Positions 1-16,560 of a stretch of DNA of 64,000 nt are shown piece after piece; position 1 is the first letter of the stretch; each line of letters begins with the position of its first letter. Origin of the DNA: the human T2T-CHM13v2.0 reference genome, Homo sapiens. The notes under the pieces are model-generated. The model saw only the letters and a program-made list of their open reading frames with translations. It had not been told where the DNA came from and ran no database searches. The stretch lies in assembly GCF_009914755.1 (NCBI RefSeq), contig NC_060941.1; one strand, 5' to 3'. A program made the translations under genes and the position numbers.

Positions 1-718
<718 letters not shown>

Positions 719-730
719 TAGAGCAGGGAA

Positions 731-1148
731 TGATAGATACGAGAGACAGCCAAATGCCAACCAGTCATTGTGCACAGGGGGCTTGCCCAAACATGTCCAA
801 AGTGAAAATTCCATCCCTTAACACATGTGCAGGAAGGGAAATAAGTTAATGTGGAGTGGCTCAGACTGAGGACCCACCTGTGCACTGGGAGAATGGGTTG
901 GAGCCACAAGGAATTCATATCTTATGTAAGGGGGAGGAGCCTGGCCTCTCCAGCTTGTGTGTGGTGGTCTGGTATTGAATCAGTGATGTGGAAGCCTGTT
1001 GGCAGGATGCCCTTTTTTTCACTGAAAGCTTTCTTTTAATAAATTCCCTTCTCCTCACCTTTTAATGTGTCCATGTGCCTAATTTTTCCTGGTCGTGAGA
1101 CAAGAACCCAGATTTTAGCTGACCTAAGGAGCAAAAAATCCTGTATCA
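731..1148 (+). mobile_element. ERV1 (MER4-group) solo LTR, MER83/MER50/MER84-like
   Basis: TGATAGA...ATCCTGTATCA termini and AATAAA near 1038. Group motifs GCACAGGGGGCTTGCC, GGGGAGGAGCCTGGCC and GAGACAAGAACCC...AAGGAGCAAAAAATCC. No clear TSD. Confidence 0.75.
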
Positions 1149-1714
1149 GTATAGAATAAATCTTAATGTCCATCAATGGATAAATGGATTAAAAATGTGG
1201 TATATAGACACAAAGGAATACTATTCAGCTGTAAAAAGAATGAAATCCTGTCATTTGTTACAACATGAATGAACCTAGAGGATATTATGTTAAGTGAAAT
1301 GAGCCAAGCACAGAAGGATAAATACCATGTGATCTCACTTATATGTGAAACCTAAAGAAGTCAATCTCATAGAAGTAGAGTGGAATAGTGGTTACCAGGG
1401 GCTTGGGAGAGTAGGGGCAGAGGAACGAAGAGAGGCTGGTCAATGGGTACAAAGTTACAACTAGATAGGAAGAATATGTTCTGGCATTCTATTGCGCAGT
1501 AGTGTCACTACGGCTAACAAGAATGTGTTGTATATTTCAAAATAGCTGGAAGAGCAGATTTTGTGTATTCCTAACACAAAGAAATGATAAATATTTCAGG
1601 TGATGAATATGTTAATTACTTAGATTTGATCATTATACATTGTATATGTATCAAAATGTTATTCCATTCCTCATAAATACGTACAATTATTATGTGTTAA
1701 TTAAAAAAATAAAA
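1149..1714 (+). mobile_element. L1MA 3' end
   Basis: End of ORF2 plus L1MA-type 3'UTR (GGGTACAAAGTTACA...TATATTTCAAAATAGC...) ending in an A-rich tail. Confidence 0.85.
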
Positions 1715-1759
1715 CCTTTTTTATTTTATTTTTTAATTACTGGGGAATGTATATATATT

Positions 1760-2505
1760 TGCCACTTTCAAACTCTGTCTGGAATTCACCTTATTCTTAC
1801 CACCCTCATTGTGGCCACTCAGGTCCAAATCCCCCTCATCTTTTACCGGGGTCACAGAGATAGTCTCCAGAGGGTCACTGCTTCTACCTTTTCACTCCAC
1901 TGTTTGTTGTCAACAACGCAGTCAGGATGTCCTTAAAAGAAAAATCAGATTCTGTCCCTCTTGTGCCCTCTGAAGTCTTCCTACTTTCTTCCAAGTAAGA
2001 GCCAGAATCCTTAGTTGGCTTACGGAACCTCCTCTCCCATTGCTGTCATTCCATTCCCCCTGATCTAGCCAAACTAGTTTTCACAGTCTCACTCAAGCAC
2101 ACTGGGCATGTTCTCATGGGGCTTTGTTGTTTTTGAAAGAATCCTGTTGTTCCCTTCCTGGACGTCTGGCTCTTCCCAGGGTGGCCACATAATAGCTCCC
2201 CTGGTGCCTCCAAGTCTTATCTTTAAGTCATTTTCTCAGTGAGGTCTACTTTTACCTCCACTTCTAACATTTCAACCACTCCCACATCAATATTTCACAT
2301 CTATCTTTTCTGCTTTTTTTCCCCCTTTCTAACACTTGTCATCAGTTATGTTTCTTACCCCCTCTCTCTATTCCTGCCTCCCTAATTAGAATGAACATTC
2401 TATGATGGCAAAATTATTTTGAGGAAACTTCTTTGTTTATTACTGAATTGTCACAGTGGGTGCTCAACAAATGTCGTTTTGAAGGAATAACTGAATGAAA
2501 TAATA
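1760..2505 (+). mobile_element. L2 (L2a-like) 3' fragment
   Basis: Degenerate L2 body ending in GTGCTCAACAAATG...TGAATGAA, the typical L2 terminus. Confidence 0.65.
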
Positions 2506-2583
2506 AATATAATTAACATTTCAGGAAAACTACAAAGGAAACTGATAACATAGTTGCCTTTGGGGAAAAGAACTGGGTGGTCA

Positions 2584-2970
<387 letters not shown>

Positions 2971-3819
2971 CTACTGAAATATATATATATATGAATTAAT
3001 TCAAAATTTTAAAAATATTTCTTTAATTGGCAACCACTGTTACTCAAGAAGCCAGCCTAATTGGCTTATTAATTTTCTGTGTGTTGCCAATTGAATTATG
3101 AATAGTGTTCCTTGATTCTAGTTTTAATATACATTTGTATAAGGAGTGAGCTTGAGGATATATGAATATGTTTCAGAGTCATGTATATTTTCTGTGAACT
3201 GAATGCATATACTTTGCTCATTTCTTTGTTAGGTTTTTTTTTTAGGTGTATTGGTTTGCAGGAAATCTTGAACATTAGTGATAATAGATGCAAATATGTT
3301 TTTCCATTTGTTGTTTGTTTTTTGCCTTTGCCAATAGTAGTTTTGTCATGCATAAACTGATGGTTATATGTAGTTCAATTTATCCTTTTTTTTCCTGAAA
3401 ATGGTTTATTCTTTCCTATGGAACAGTTTAAGTAAAATTGCAGTTATCTAATCTGTCCTTTAAAGATTTGAAAGCTTTTTCCCATGAAACTTATGCAGAG
3501 TGTAGCTCATGACACCTATCTCTATTTCTTCTACAGTAATTGGTATGTTTAGAATTTTTATATGCTCTGGTGTCAATTTTTTAATAAATTTTATTTTCCT
3601 AAAAAAATTTTGAGTTCTCAAATTTATTTTCACAAAGTAGAACAAAGTAGTTACTTGTCATTCTTTAATTCCTCATTGTATTTGTGGTTATTTCCTCTTG
3701 TTTCTTGTTTTGATACTTGAGCTTACTTTAAGTTAGATAAAAGTTAATTTATTTTAATTTTATTTCCAAAAGGACCAGATCTTGAAATTATTTGTTAATT
3801 CTTCTATTTTATGTTTTCT

Positions 3820-4163
<344 letters not shown>

Positions 4164-4484
4164 TAAACTAATTTATTTGGTTTTCTTAGCTTTTTGTAAT
4201 TTTTTAAGTTTTTGATTTGAATGTCTAATTTATTTATCAATCTTTTATTTAAAAATGTTATTGGAGACTATACATTTTCCTCTGAGCACCACTGTAGTTA
4301 TATTTCATAGAATTTAATACTCAGCATTTTCATTATTGTTGATTTTCAGAAATTCTACAGATTAAGTTGCATTGCATCTTTGATCGAATAATTGAGTAGA
4401 GAGGGTTTTAAAATTTCTAAATGGCTTTTTGTTTTCTGGCTTGATATTAATTTATAGTTTTCTTCTTTTTGAAATGTCTTTCTG

Positions 4485-4784
4485 GGCTGGGGGTGGTGGC
4501 TCACGCCTGTAATCCCAGCACTTTGGGAGGCCGAGGCGGGCGGATCACGAGGTCAGGAGATCGAGACCATCCTGGCTAACACGGTGAAACCCCGTCTCTA
4601 CTAAAAATACAAAAAATTAGCCGGGCGAAGTGGTGGGAGCCTGTAGTCCCAGCTACTCGGGAGGCTGAGGCAGGAGAATAAATCGAACCCTGGGGGGCAG
4701 AGCCTGCAGTGAGCCGAGATCGTGCCACTGCACTCCAGCCTGGGCAACAGCGAGACTCCGTCTCAAAAAAAAAAAAAAAAAAAA
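4485..4784 (+). mobile_element. AluY, probably AluYe lineage
   Basis: AluY diagnostics (GAGATCGAGACCATCCTGGCTAACACGG) plus Ye-type CCCTGGGGGGCAGAGCCTGCAG and GGGCAACAGCGAGAC. A20 tail and TSD GTCTTTCTG. Confidence 0.9.
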
Positions 4785-6267
4785 GTCTTTCTGTTTACTA
4801 ATGGCTTAATAGATGGTTAAATTTGAAAAATATTGTTTTCACTTAAAAAGATCTAATTTTTTTCTTTATAATATACAGACCATGGTATGTATTATGAACT
4901 CCTTTTTATATTATTTTTTCTTCCCTCTTCTTATTTACTGATTGTCTGTTTTTATCCTTACAGTCTGAAATAGTTGAATTAAAGAATTAAAACATCCTCT
5001 CCATAATGACTGTCTCTTATATATCTCCAATAGTTTTTGCTTTATGAATATTGATGCTATGTTAAGAAGAGTCACTCATAAGTGCTTTGTTTCATTAATC
5101 GCAAAGCACTTTTTGTCCTTCTCTAATGTTCTTTGTACAATTCAACTTCTTTTCTTAAAGACCACACCCATCCTTCCCTTTCATTGACTTTTGTCAGTCT
5201 ACGATAGTCAGTCTTTCAAAATCATGTTTTAGTTAGGTTCCATATACAGAACATTTGTTTTGTGATTCAATCCAAATGCCTTTTTTCTATTGATTGATGA
5301 ATTTAGTTCATTTTTATTTAATGATATGACCCAGATTTGGTCTAAGTTATGTTATCTACTTTACGTTATGTTTTCTGGTTTTGTAACTTTAAAATGTTAC
5401 CATTATAAGTCTACGTGTTTTGTTTTGTGGGTGTATTTTATCAGGCATTGGAAAAGTTTGAATACTTGTTCTAGTGGTTACTTTAAAAAGTATAATTTTT
5501 GCAATCCTATTATGCTTCATAATTTTTCTAAATTTTGTATTATGGGGAAGGAATAACTTTCTTACCACTCATCTCACTTAATTTTAATTGATCATATTAT
5601 TTTTATGGTGTATATTATTATTCTTTTAAATATACTTACACATCAATTGCTAGATTTGTGGATCTTAATTTTTATCTTTGACCCCTAGTTGTTAAAGATT
5701 ATGAACTCATGCACCTGTATTATACAGAACGAATCCTGAATTTCCACCCAGGGATAAATACCCGAGGCAAATGTAAAGTATAGTTGTTACATCATCCAGT
5801 GTCACTGTCCTGGGGACACAGAAGGGAACATCTGGCTACCAAGAATGGACTCTGGCATTCTGTCTGTTTTTACACACCTACCACCTGGCCTGACTTGTGC
5901 TATGCAGATCTTACAGTTATGCTAAAATCTGGGGTATGGTGAGTAAGCAGGGGTGTGATATATTTTGTGGGAGGCCAGTTTTCTCAAGTAATGAGAATCC
6001 AGCAGTGCCTAGCCTTAAATTCTAGTTATGTAGTGCATTAATATAGCATATCGTTAGAAGCAGGAAGAAGGTAAAGGAAACACCAAATACATTTTCTGCT
6101 GTGCCACTTCACCTGAGTTTGCTGCTGATGGAGGCCCAGCACTCCCCTAGTATAGCTTTAAAAGGCAACACAAAGCTTATTATGGTTGTGGCTTATCCAG
6201 ACTCCCACCCAAGTACAGCAAGTAACAGGCAGTGACTCAATGTCCATTTAAAAAAATCTGAGTCTTG

Positions 6268-6589
<322 letters not shown>

Positions 6590-7900
6590 TTAGCAAAGAA
6601 CTCATGTCCAGAATATATGATTCAATTTTACAAATCAACAACAAAATTTTCCAAGTAAAAATGGGCAAAAGACTTGATCAGGTACTACCCAAAAGAAGGT
6701 AATCCAAATTGTCAATAAGCATATAAAGGGTTGGTGCTGAATATCATTATTCATTGAGGAAATGCAAATGACAACCCAAATGAGATACCACTACACCCCC
6801 ACCTGAATGGCTAAAATTAAAAAGTCTAACAATATTAAGTGTTAGCAACAATGTGGGTTAACTGAAACTCTCCTACTTGACTATTGACACTGTAAAGTGG
6901 TTCAGCCACTTTAGAAAACTGTTTGGCTGTCTTATTTTTATTTTTTTCAAAGTTAAACATATTCCTACCCTACCTGATCCATCAAATCTCCTTCTAGCTA
7001 TGTACCCAAGAAAAATCAGTGCATATGTCTCAAAAAACATTTGCAGAAAAAAATGTTAAAAGCAGCTTTATTTCAAAAGACAAAATTTCAGCAAATGTAG
7101 TTTAATGATCTATTTGGCATTTATTTGTGATTTATGAGTTGGGCAGCATCTCGTCTAAAAATAGAGAGGTGCTTTGCTGTGCATGGCAGAACAGCCAGTT
7201 TTGATGAGGTAGCTTGAACAGGAGCAAGAAAACAACATAGTACAAAAAGTGGATTTGTTAATATCAGGTTACTTAAGGTTACTTTCCTTGTAAGGGTTAG
7301 AGCAGAGGAGACTTCCTTATCGTGTTGACAAATGCTGGACTGTTCAGGGATTTGGCTGTCATCTCTCCTGACTTCTTGGAAGGTCAGATAAATTTAGTTT
7401 TGATTTGATGACATGGAACTTTAGCACAAGTGACTTAATTTTGGTTTTGTATGTTGGAGCCTAGGGCAGGAGCTGAGTCCAAACCAATGGCCTCCCATAC
7501 ATTTTATTTAACAATTATAATGGCCCAAACTATCAAGAACTCAAATGTCCATATCAACAGGAGAATGGATACACTGTGATGCATTCGTGCAATAAATACT
7601 GCTCACTGGTAAAAAAGAATGAACTGCTGATACATGCAACATGAATGAATCTCAGTCGTTAGGTAGAATGAGAAAAGCTCAGCCACAAAGGCATGGGTAC
7701 TGTGTGATATCAGAAGAGACACCACTAATCCATGATAATCAGAATCAGAATAGTGGCTTGTTCTTGGAGAGGAGTGGTAAAAGGACACAAGGAATTTTTT
7801 TGTAGAAATAAAGTATTTTATATCTTGTGACATCCAGTGTGCAATGTGCAATGATAATATGCATTTTACTGTTTATAAATTATGTCAATTAAAAAAAGAC
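6590..7900 (+). mobile_element. Old L1M (ME/MC-like) 3' portion, split by a MER31 LTR
   Basis: ORF2-end motifs (ATGAGATACCACTACACC, GAATGGCTAAAATTAAAAAG, CAAATGTCCAT) continue collinearly across 7071-7513. Confidence 0.8.
7071..7513 (-). mobile_element. MER31 solo LTR (ERV1)
   Basis: Reverse complement begins TGTTAAATAAAAT..GGGAGGCCATTGGTTTGGACTCAGCTCCTG. 4-bp TSD TTTA/ATTA. Confidence 0.8.
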
Positions 7901-9911
7901 AAAAGGAGAAAAGAAAAGAATAAAGTATATGTCCCAAGCTTATAGAGCACCTGCAAGACCTTGGGTTTATACTGAGTTCTCTTTGGCTTCAGCCCTTTTC
8001 CCTTCCTGTTAGAACACAAAGCTTTCCAGGGGTCACCTGGTTTGTCCCTGGCACTGCTGCTGGGTGTCACCTCATCATAAATCCATCCAATGTTGCTGCA
8101 CATCACTGCTTCCTGGTCCTCAGGAGGCTAATGCTCCTGACAGGTGCCATCTGACCATGTCACTACCTGAAGAGCTGACCTGCTTCACAGGCAGGGGGAC
8201 AGAGTGGCACATCAGAAAGCCACTGCTATGCATTTCACCTACAATTAAGTGCTAAGGAATAATAGTGGGGCTTTTATGCTACATGCATGTTTTCCTTTCC
8301 ATTAAATCTCAGATATGCTGTTTGCATATCTTAGTTCAGGCTGCTCTGAAATCCATAGGGGGAAAGAAACCCTTCATTAAGTTCAGCAGCACTGTCCGGC
8401 AATGCAGCAGCACTCCTATTTATTTTTCCTTCTGTAAATATTTGTGCTCTCTCAGGCTAAGGAGTGGCCTGTGCTAGAGACTAAAATATCCCCATTTATA
8501 TCCTCCAGGTGCAGCAGGAAACGCCTGACCTCTCACCCTGCCCCTGCAATGACCTCAACCTCACTTATGGGGACCACCCTCTGGGCTGCCCTAATGCAGA
8601 CCCATGATCACCTCTCCAGGTTGACTGCCGAATAGCAGGAGAAGATGAACCTGAAATTGAATGGTTATTGCAACCCAGTTTTTTCGGTCGAAAGGTGAAG
8701 GTTACTTAGCTTTTGTTGCTGCCTTCAAGCTTGTTAATGAAAAGATGGAAAAACAATATTGACATCAGTGAAGTCCAATTTGTTCAGAAATGGAACTTGA
8801 TTTATTATAGAAATGAGATAGAAGACAAATGAAAAAGTAAGATATGAAATAAGACCAATAATAGGAAGAAAATTGCAAAAATCTTAAAGAAATATTATTA
8901 CTTTTTCTACTGAGTCCATCCATCTGGGTTTTCAAATTTCTGCGATTCACAAGAGGATCATGACATGAATGTTAATCCAAAATAAGAGTTCCTATTGTAG
9001 CTGCTGAATGTATTTGCCTAACTATCTCTCACTGTTAACTCAACTTGCAGCTAAGGAAATTTTGTTTGTTCATTTAATAAACATTTATTGAACTGCAAAT
9101 TAGTCCAGTATTTGGTTTATGAATTTAATTTTTAAACTTTCAATTTTCCATCTCTAGAAATTTACTTCCTTTTACATTTTCCCAAGTTTTTATCTTACTA
9201 ATTCGTGTCAAAGCTGTGATGCTCAATGTATTTCTAAGTTATCACTTACGTAAATTGCCCTATCTAGCTTATAAGACCATGATGAGGAGCAAATGAAGCA
9301 ATTTTGATAAAAATATATGAGAATATTTTTCATTTTGAATACATTATTTGACTTTTGATGGAAAAGAAAAACACCAAAGACATTAATTTATCTTTATAAC
9401 TTTAATAATAAGCTTATAAAAATTAAAACAAAAATACAAAAATAGAACAAAATAGGGAAAGTGAACTAATATGAGATCAAATTTTTTTTACTAAAAAATG
9501 TGATTGTGAATTTAAAAATGCAATAAAGTATATAAACATTGGATGAAGGTCATAAACAGCAAATAGCACTTGGAAATATCTTGTCACATTCTAAACGTCA
9601 AAGGAATTCTCAAAAAAGTCCAAAGAAAAATAGTATAAGCCATAATTTCTTATCACTTTGCAATAAAATTAGAAATTAACTAAAAAGGGATAAGATGGGA
9701 AAAAAACCCAAATCAAATACAAAGAGATTTTAAAATACTTTCTGAAGTAACTTGTAGAATGAGAACTTCAATGATAGCCTACTTATGAAATAATGATTTA
9801 TCTATCCATCTCCCTTTCTCTGGATGAGAGCCTGGGGGAGGGTAGTGAGTGACACATTCACCTGCCTTCTTGCTTCTATAGCTCTTCCAGTAGCTGGAAA
9901 GGTACAATCTG

Positions 9912-10348
9912 CAGTTGACTCTTGAACAGCATGGGGGCGTGGGGCGCCAATCCCCTGTACAGTAAAAAATCCAGGCATAACTTTGGACTCTCCAAACTAC
10001 TAATAGCTTCCTGTTGACAAAAAGCCTTACTGATAATATAAACAGTCTATTAATACATATTTTGTGTGTTATATGTATTACATGCTGTATCTCTACAATA
10101 AAGTAAGCTAGAGAAAGGCAAATTTTCTTAAGAAAATCGTAAGGAAGAGAACATACATTTACTATTCATTAAGTGGAAGTGGATCATCACAAAGGTCTTC
10201 ATCTTCTTTGCCCTCAGGTCGAGTAGGCTGAGGAGGGGGAGAAAGAGGAGGGGTTGGTTTTGCTGTCTCAGGAGTGGCAGAGGAGAAAGAAAATTCACAT
10301 ATAAGTGGACCTATGCAGTGCTAACCTGTATTGTTCAAGGTTCAGCTG
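9912..10348. mobile_element. Tigger2a DNA transposon (TcMar-Tigger)
   Basis: TIRs CAGTTGACTCTTGAACA / TGTTCAAGGTTCAGCTG, TA on the right, length about 437 bp. Confidence 0.85.
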
Positions 10349-11297
10349 TATTTCATTTTCTTCTGCAAGATAGGATCACTCGTACTAAATACTCAAAGTT
10401 TAGCCCCTGAAGCCTGTATCATTCAATCTAATTACGTAGGAGAAGGAGGAATTAGAGACTCTTTTTTTCAAGACAAAGGTATGTCTTGCTGCAAAATCCT
10501 ACTCTTAAATACCAGAAGCTGAACATTCATTGTTTCAGTCTTCTTACCTGAATTCCTTTTGCAACAATTCCTAATTACTTCCGGGGCAAATGGGATGCCT
10601 GACGGGAACAGGGGTGAAGATTATTTTTTAGGCAAAATAGTAAAGCCCGTTAAGAAATTTACAAATATTACTACTATTGTACTTTTTTGTTAGAAAAATG
10701 GTAACATAAGAACTGAATTAAATGAGGAAGCAGAAGCCAGGGAATAATAAAATGAAAGTAGCAATTAATAAAACAGAAAAGAAAAAAGTGAAATTGATAA
10801 ATTAGTCAAATGCTAGTCCTTTGAAAGGGATAATAAAATATATAATGTTAAGGTGGAATAGTCTTAATAAAAAAATTAGAAAAAATAGGCAATCTGAGAA
10901 GCAGAAGGGATATAAAATCAGATATCAAGAAGTATTAAAACTACACAAATAATACAATATAACACTTTATGATAATAAATTTTAATGTTGATGAAATGTT
11001 CACTTTCCTAGGAAGTATAAATTGCCCAATTAAAAAATCAGATTAATAATAATAAAACCTAGTTATCCATAGAAAAAAAAATTATGAAAAAAAGAGGCTA
11101 AACACAGTTTTACGGTCAGTTTTTCTTGATTTTTATGAAACAGTTACTTGTGTGCTGGAATAGGCTAAATCTTATTAAAAAAGTAAAAATCTTTCATATC
11201 TCTCATGCTAGAGCCTAACAATATATAATAAAAATACAACATAGGGAATGAGCTGTTTGAAAGAGTAAAAATCTTGTAGAAAAATAACAACAGTCTA

Positions 11298-11673
<376 letters not shown>

Positions 11674-12339
11674 CTATAAAGGTAAATATATAATAGAAAT
11701 ATATAATAGAAAAGCTGTTAATATAACTACTCACAATGCAAATTCACAGAATTCTATGATCCTATATATAAATATCAAAATATTATAGATAAAATTCAAT
11801 ATTATATTGAAATATTGTAGATAAAATTCAATATCCACAACTGATAAAACTTTTTGTAATCTAAAGAAACTTTCGAACATCACAGAAACCATCTACCTTA
11901 AATTTTGTCATATATGATGGTGAAGTGTGGTATGTGGTGAAGTGCGATACATGATATGATGGCGAAAGAGTGATATGCCTTTTCAAGTCAGAAGCCAGAT
12001 AAAGATGCTTTGATAGGAGCAATTTTTCTTAATATTTTTCTGAAAGTTTTTTTAATCAATTAGATTAAATAAGAAAACAATATGAGGAGAAGTTATAACT
12101 ATTGAAAATAAGGACAGAAGTTTTTATCCATTGATAATAGGATAGCATACCAGAAAAATTCAAAATGAAATGAAAAGTACCTGAAGATAGTAAGCAAATT
12201 CAGAAGATTCTGGGAGTAAAGAAATAGAATTATAGAATGAAGGACATCAAGCAAGAGGGGAGAAATCACAGCATGTTTGTATGCTGATGGGATGATACTG
12301 AACAGAGTGAAAACTGAGTGACATAGAAGAGAATTGATT

Positions 12340-12910
12340 GGAAAACATCACAAGCATGAAGAGGGTGAGAAGGAAGAGAGAGGACCCAGAACCTCATGGC
12401 TCATGCCAATAAGCACATCAAGGATGAGGCAGACAGAATCACCAACAGAAGATCCAATGAGGTTGAAGGAAAACCCACAGCATGCGGTCACAGAGGCCAG
12501 GAGAGGAAATGTTTTCAAGAGAGGGGAGTCTATTGCTGAAAGGTTGGAAATGTGGAGGCCAGAGAAGGTTGTGGATTTTTCAGCAGGAAGATATTTGATG
12601 TCTTCACAGGATCGTGTGATGTGGTGAAACACCACAAGAAGAATCCCATCTAGGTAGGTTAAATAGTGAGTGGGAGGTGAGTATGTGTGATCGGTAATTG
12701 ATTGCAGACAGCCCTTCCAGATATTTTGATGTGGAGGGAAAGCAAGATTATGAGGATGCGAGGTTTTGGAAATTTTTTTTTTCCAAAGAGGATGGAAACT
12801 AGATCATGCCTATTTGCCAATGAAAATAATCCAGGAGGGGGTCAATTAATTGTGCTGTAGAGAGGGGATCATTGCTGAAAGGAAATATTTGAGAATGGGA
12901 GAGAGAATGG
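12340..12910 (-). mobile_element. L2 fragment
   Basis: Purine-rich antisense L2 motifs (GTCACAGAGGCCAGGAGAGGAAATGTTTTCAAG, GAGTGGGAGGTGAG). Confidence 0.55.
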
Positions 12911-14506
12911 CTTCTGCATAAATGGCTAGAAAACCCTGTTCTTAGATACCATGATACATGTTACTGCCAAATGAACCTCTGCAAAATAAATAGTAGTTTT
13001 CAATTAAAATTTTAACACTTAAAATGTTTAATTTGATAAAATTAAATGCCTGAAAATAGGTAAGATGATTTGGAAAAAAAAAGTCATAAAGAGAGTGTTG
13101 CTCTAACATATATTAATATACTTTATAAAGTTTCAATTATTTTATAATGTAAGGAATAAGCAAACTGGTCAGTGGAATAGAATAGAATTCTAAAATAGAA
13201 TTTCTAGAAGTGAGTCTCATATAATAAGTTAGCACGTGTCAAATCAGTGGAGAAAACATTATTCATTTAATGTCATCTCACTCCTTGTTGACTCCCAACT
13301 GGTGACTCATTAAAAAAAAAACAAGGTTAGATCACACTGTTAAATCATATGTTAAAATAAATTCCAGATAGATTTATGCTTTAATGAACACTATAAACAT
13401 GCTAAAATAAAACACAGTGAGCTTCTAAGCATACTTTCAAAGGCAAATTGAGTTGTAAAAGGACTGATAGGTGGATTATGTAAAAATTAAAATCCTCATT
13501 GTAAGATCCAAAAATGGTAAAGTCTACATGGCTATGAAAAGCATACTGTAGAAAAGCATTTTATGATAAGGGTAAAATAAATTACAAAAATAATGTATTT
13601 CTAAGCCACAGACTAAAAGATTATGAAAGAACTTTCTTGTATGATCCTTATTTTGCAATAAAAATATTTGTATATGTACACAGCAAAGACTGGAAGAAAG
13701 TATTTTTAAAAATTAAGTAGCCTAGAAATGCAAGTCAGAGACACTTTTCATATTTGCTCATACACTTCACTGAGGGTTAAAAATATTATGAAACCAGTAG
13801 AGAGAAAGGATATGTCTCAGTGGGGAAGGGTCCTCAGTTGTCTCCTATGCCTCATTAGAACACAGCCAGGGTAGTGGAGATGGTCAGTGATTATTTGGTG
13901 TTATCAGATCTGTAGAGACTCGAACAAGAGGACTCCAGGACTTTTATTGTTTACCCTGCTGGAATGGCTACACCAGGACCCAGAAACAACTTATTACCAT
14001 GGCAATTTTACTGCTTAAAAAGTTATTGCATGTAGGACTAATGTCTGAGTTCTGAGTTGTTAAATACTTGGTGGTTTGTATTTATGTAACTACCATTTGC
14101 TGTACCTGTACCATGAGCTATGGTTCTTCCTTTTGTGTGTACCTGTTTCAGGACCTAGAAATTTTTATTACTTAGGGGCTTCCCACGTGCAGATGTGCCC
14201 ATGAGCTACGAATGTGTGATCTTCAGTCCAGCCTACCATCTAACTCAATACTCATATTCCTAACTGATTATTTAACATTTATACATAGCTGTCCCACCAT
14301 CACTCCAAATACAATATGTTCTTCATGTTCTTCCCCAATAAAATTGCTTACATATCCTAATTTCTCTCTTTTCATCAAAGATTTCTATTGCTCGTTTTGT
14401 AATAAGACTTGGTATCTTGGTATTATACCTGCTTTTTAAAATTCTCTTGTCCCCTATCTCCAAGCAGTTCTGTCCACTACTGTTTATTTGTTTGAAATCT
14501 CTTCTT

Positions 14507-14908
<402 letters not shown>

Positions 14909-15462
14909 TTATTCCCCTAACTGGGGTGGTTCTATACTTAGGTAGAGTGGGTAGGAATTTTCATGGCACTGAAGAAGCCTTCTACACCCAAAACTCTCAA
15001 GCTCAGTTGGCTAGAAATTCATCACTGAGTGCCCACTCCATTGATATCTAGCTGAGAAGTTGCTTGTGATCACCATTAACTAAAAACGATACAAGGTGAT
15101 CATGTACTCTGGACAGCTCAGCATGAAGAAAAAAATAAAAATAGGGTGAATTGAAGAATTCAGAACTTCACCTTACATAGTTTGGAAATGCCATGGAAAT
15201 TCACCAACTTGATGTTTGTTTCAACTTTAAAAACCTTAACACAATTAACTTTGTCAGTCATTTACATTTTAGAGTAAATGGATTTCTTAGGATTTTTTGG
15301 AAGAGCTAGTTATGATAAGGTTGAAGATAAAAGTAATTATAATTTAGTGTTGGAGAAAAGAACACTATCAAAAAGGAGGATGAAGAAAGAGTAAACTTGA
15401 AGAGTAGTCTTTTTATTCTACACAACTTTAAATGCTAATAATAAATATTGAATTCTATTTCT

Positions 15463-16560
15463 ATTCAATCAACAAGTATCTGATAAGGTGTGCCTTATGT
15501 GTCTGGCTCTGTTATAGAAACTGGAAACAGAGAAGTAAGCAAAACAGACAAGATTTTACTTTCTTGAAGTTTATACTCTAGTAAAAGAAAGATAATAAAC
15601 AAATACATAATTAGTAAACAAACAAATAAATACACAAACTAAGTGAAGATAATGATACTTAATATGAAGAAAATAAGACAAGGTGCTATGATAGCCACAG
15701 AAAGTGGTCACCAAGTGGACTGGATGGTCAGAAAGGGCCTCTCAACAGAGCTTATTTTTAGCTGAAACCTAAATGACAAGAAGACACCAGTCATGGAAAG
15801 ATCTGAAATAATAACACTACAAAGAGGGAGAATAGCCTGCCATTGCCCAAAGATGGGAAGGAGCTCGTTGGGTCCAAGGAGGAGGAGAAAGGCTTGTGTG
15901 GCTGGAGAGAAAGGGAGAGAGGCATGTGATATGAAGTCAGTGGCAATCAGATCATACAGAGTTTTGACGAAGATGGTCATGAATTTGTTGTATTATTTTA
16001 AATGAGTCGAGAACTCCATTGAAGGGCTTGATAGTAACATGACATGCTATGATACGGACTTTGAACATAGCACATGGGCTACTGTGTGAAGAATGGATTG
16101 TTGGGGGAAAGATGACAACTACTAAGTAGGCTATCAGAGGAATCTAAAGGAGGGACAGTGATGGTTTGGCTCAGAATTGTGGAAGTGGAGTCTGAATGTG
16201 GTTGGATTTCAGATATAATTTGGATTTGGGGTATTATTCCTGCAAAATTAGATACTGGTTGAGAAAGGAAGAGGGATCAAGGATGGCTTAATGTCTTTCT
16301 TTGAGCAACTGGGTTACTCACTCTCTGAGATGAGAGAGATGGATAGGAGTAAGGAAAAATAAAAAGTTTTATTTGGACATGTTGAGATGCCCACTTGACA
16401 TTCCAGTGGAAATGTCAGGTTGTAGGTTATGTGTGCCTGGAGCTCCACGTAGAATTCACGTCCAAATATATAAATCAGAGCACTACCAGCTTATTAAAAA
16501 CATTAGACTGGGTAAGATTGCCTAGTAAGAGTGGAGGGAGGAAGTAGAGAGACAGACAGA
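15463..16560 (-). mobile_element. L2a
   Basis: Starts at the antisense L2 terminus (TTCAATCAACAAGTAT...) followed by typical L2 antisense body (GGTCAGAAAGGGCCTCTC, TTGAGCAACTGGG, TTTGGACATGTTGAG). Confidence 0.8.

Noticed and set aside
8509-8620. Possible exon after ATATCCTCCAG
   Set aside because: Weak donor (GTTGAC) and no recognisable product.
13907-14030. Possible exon after TTATCAG
   Set aside because: No recognisable peptide, weak acceptor and no good donor.
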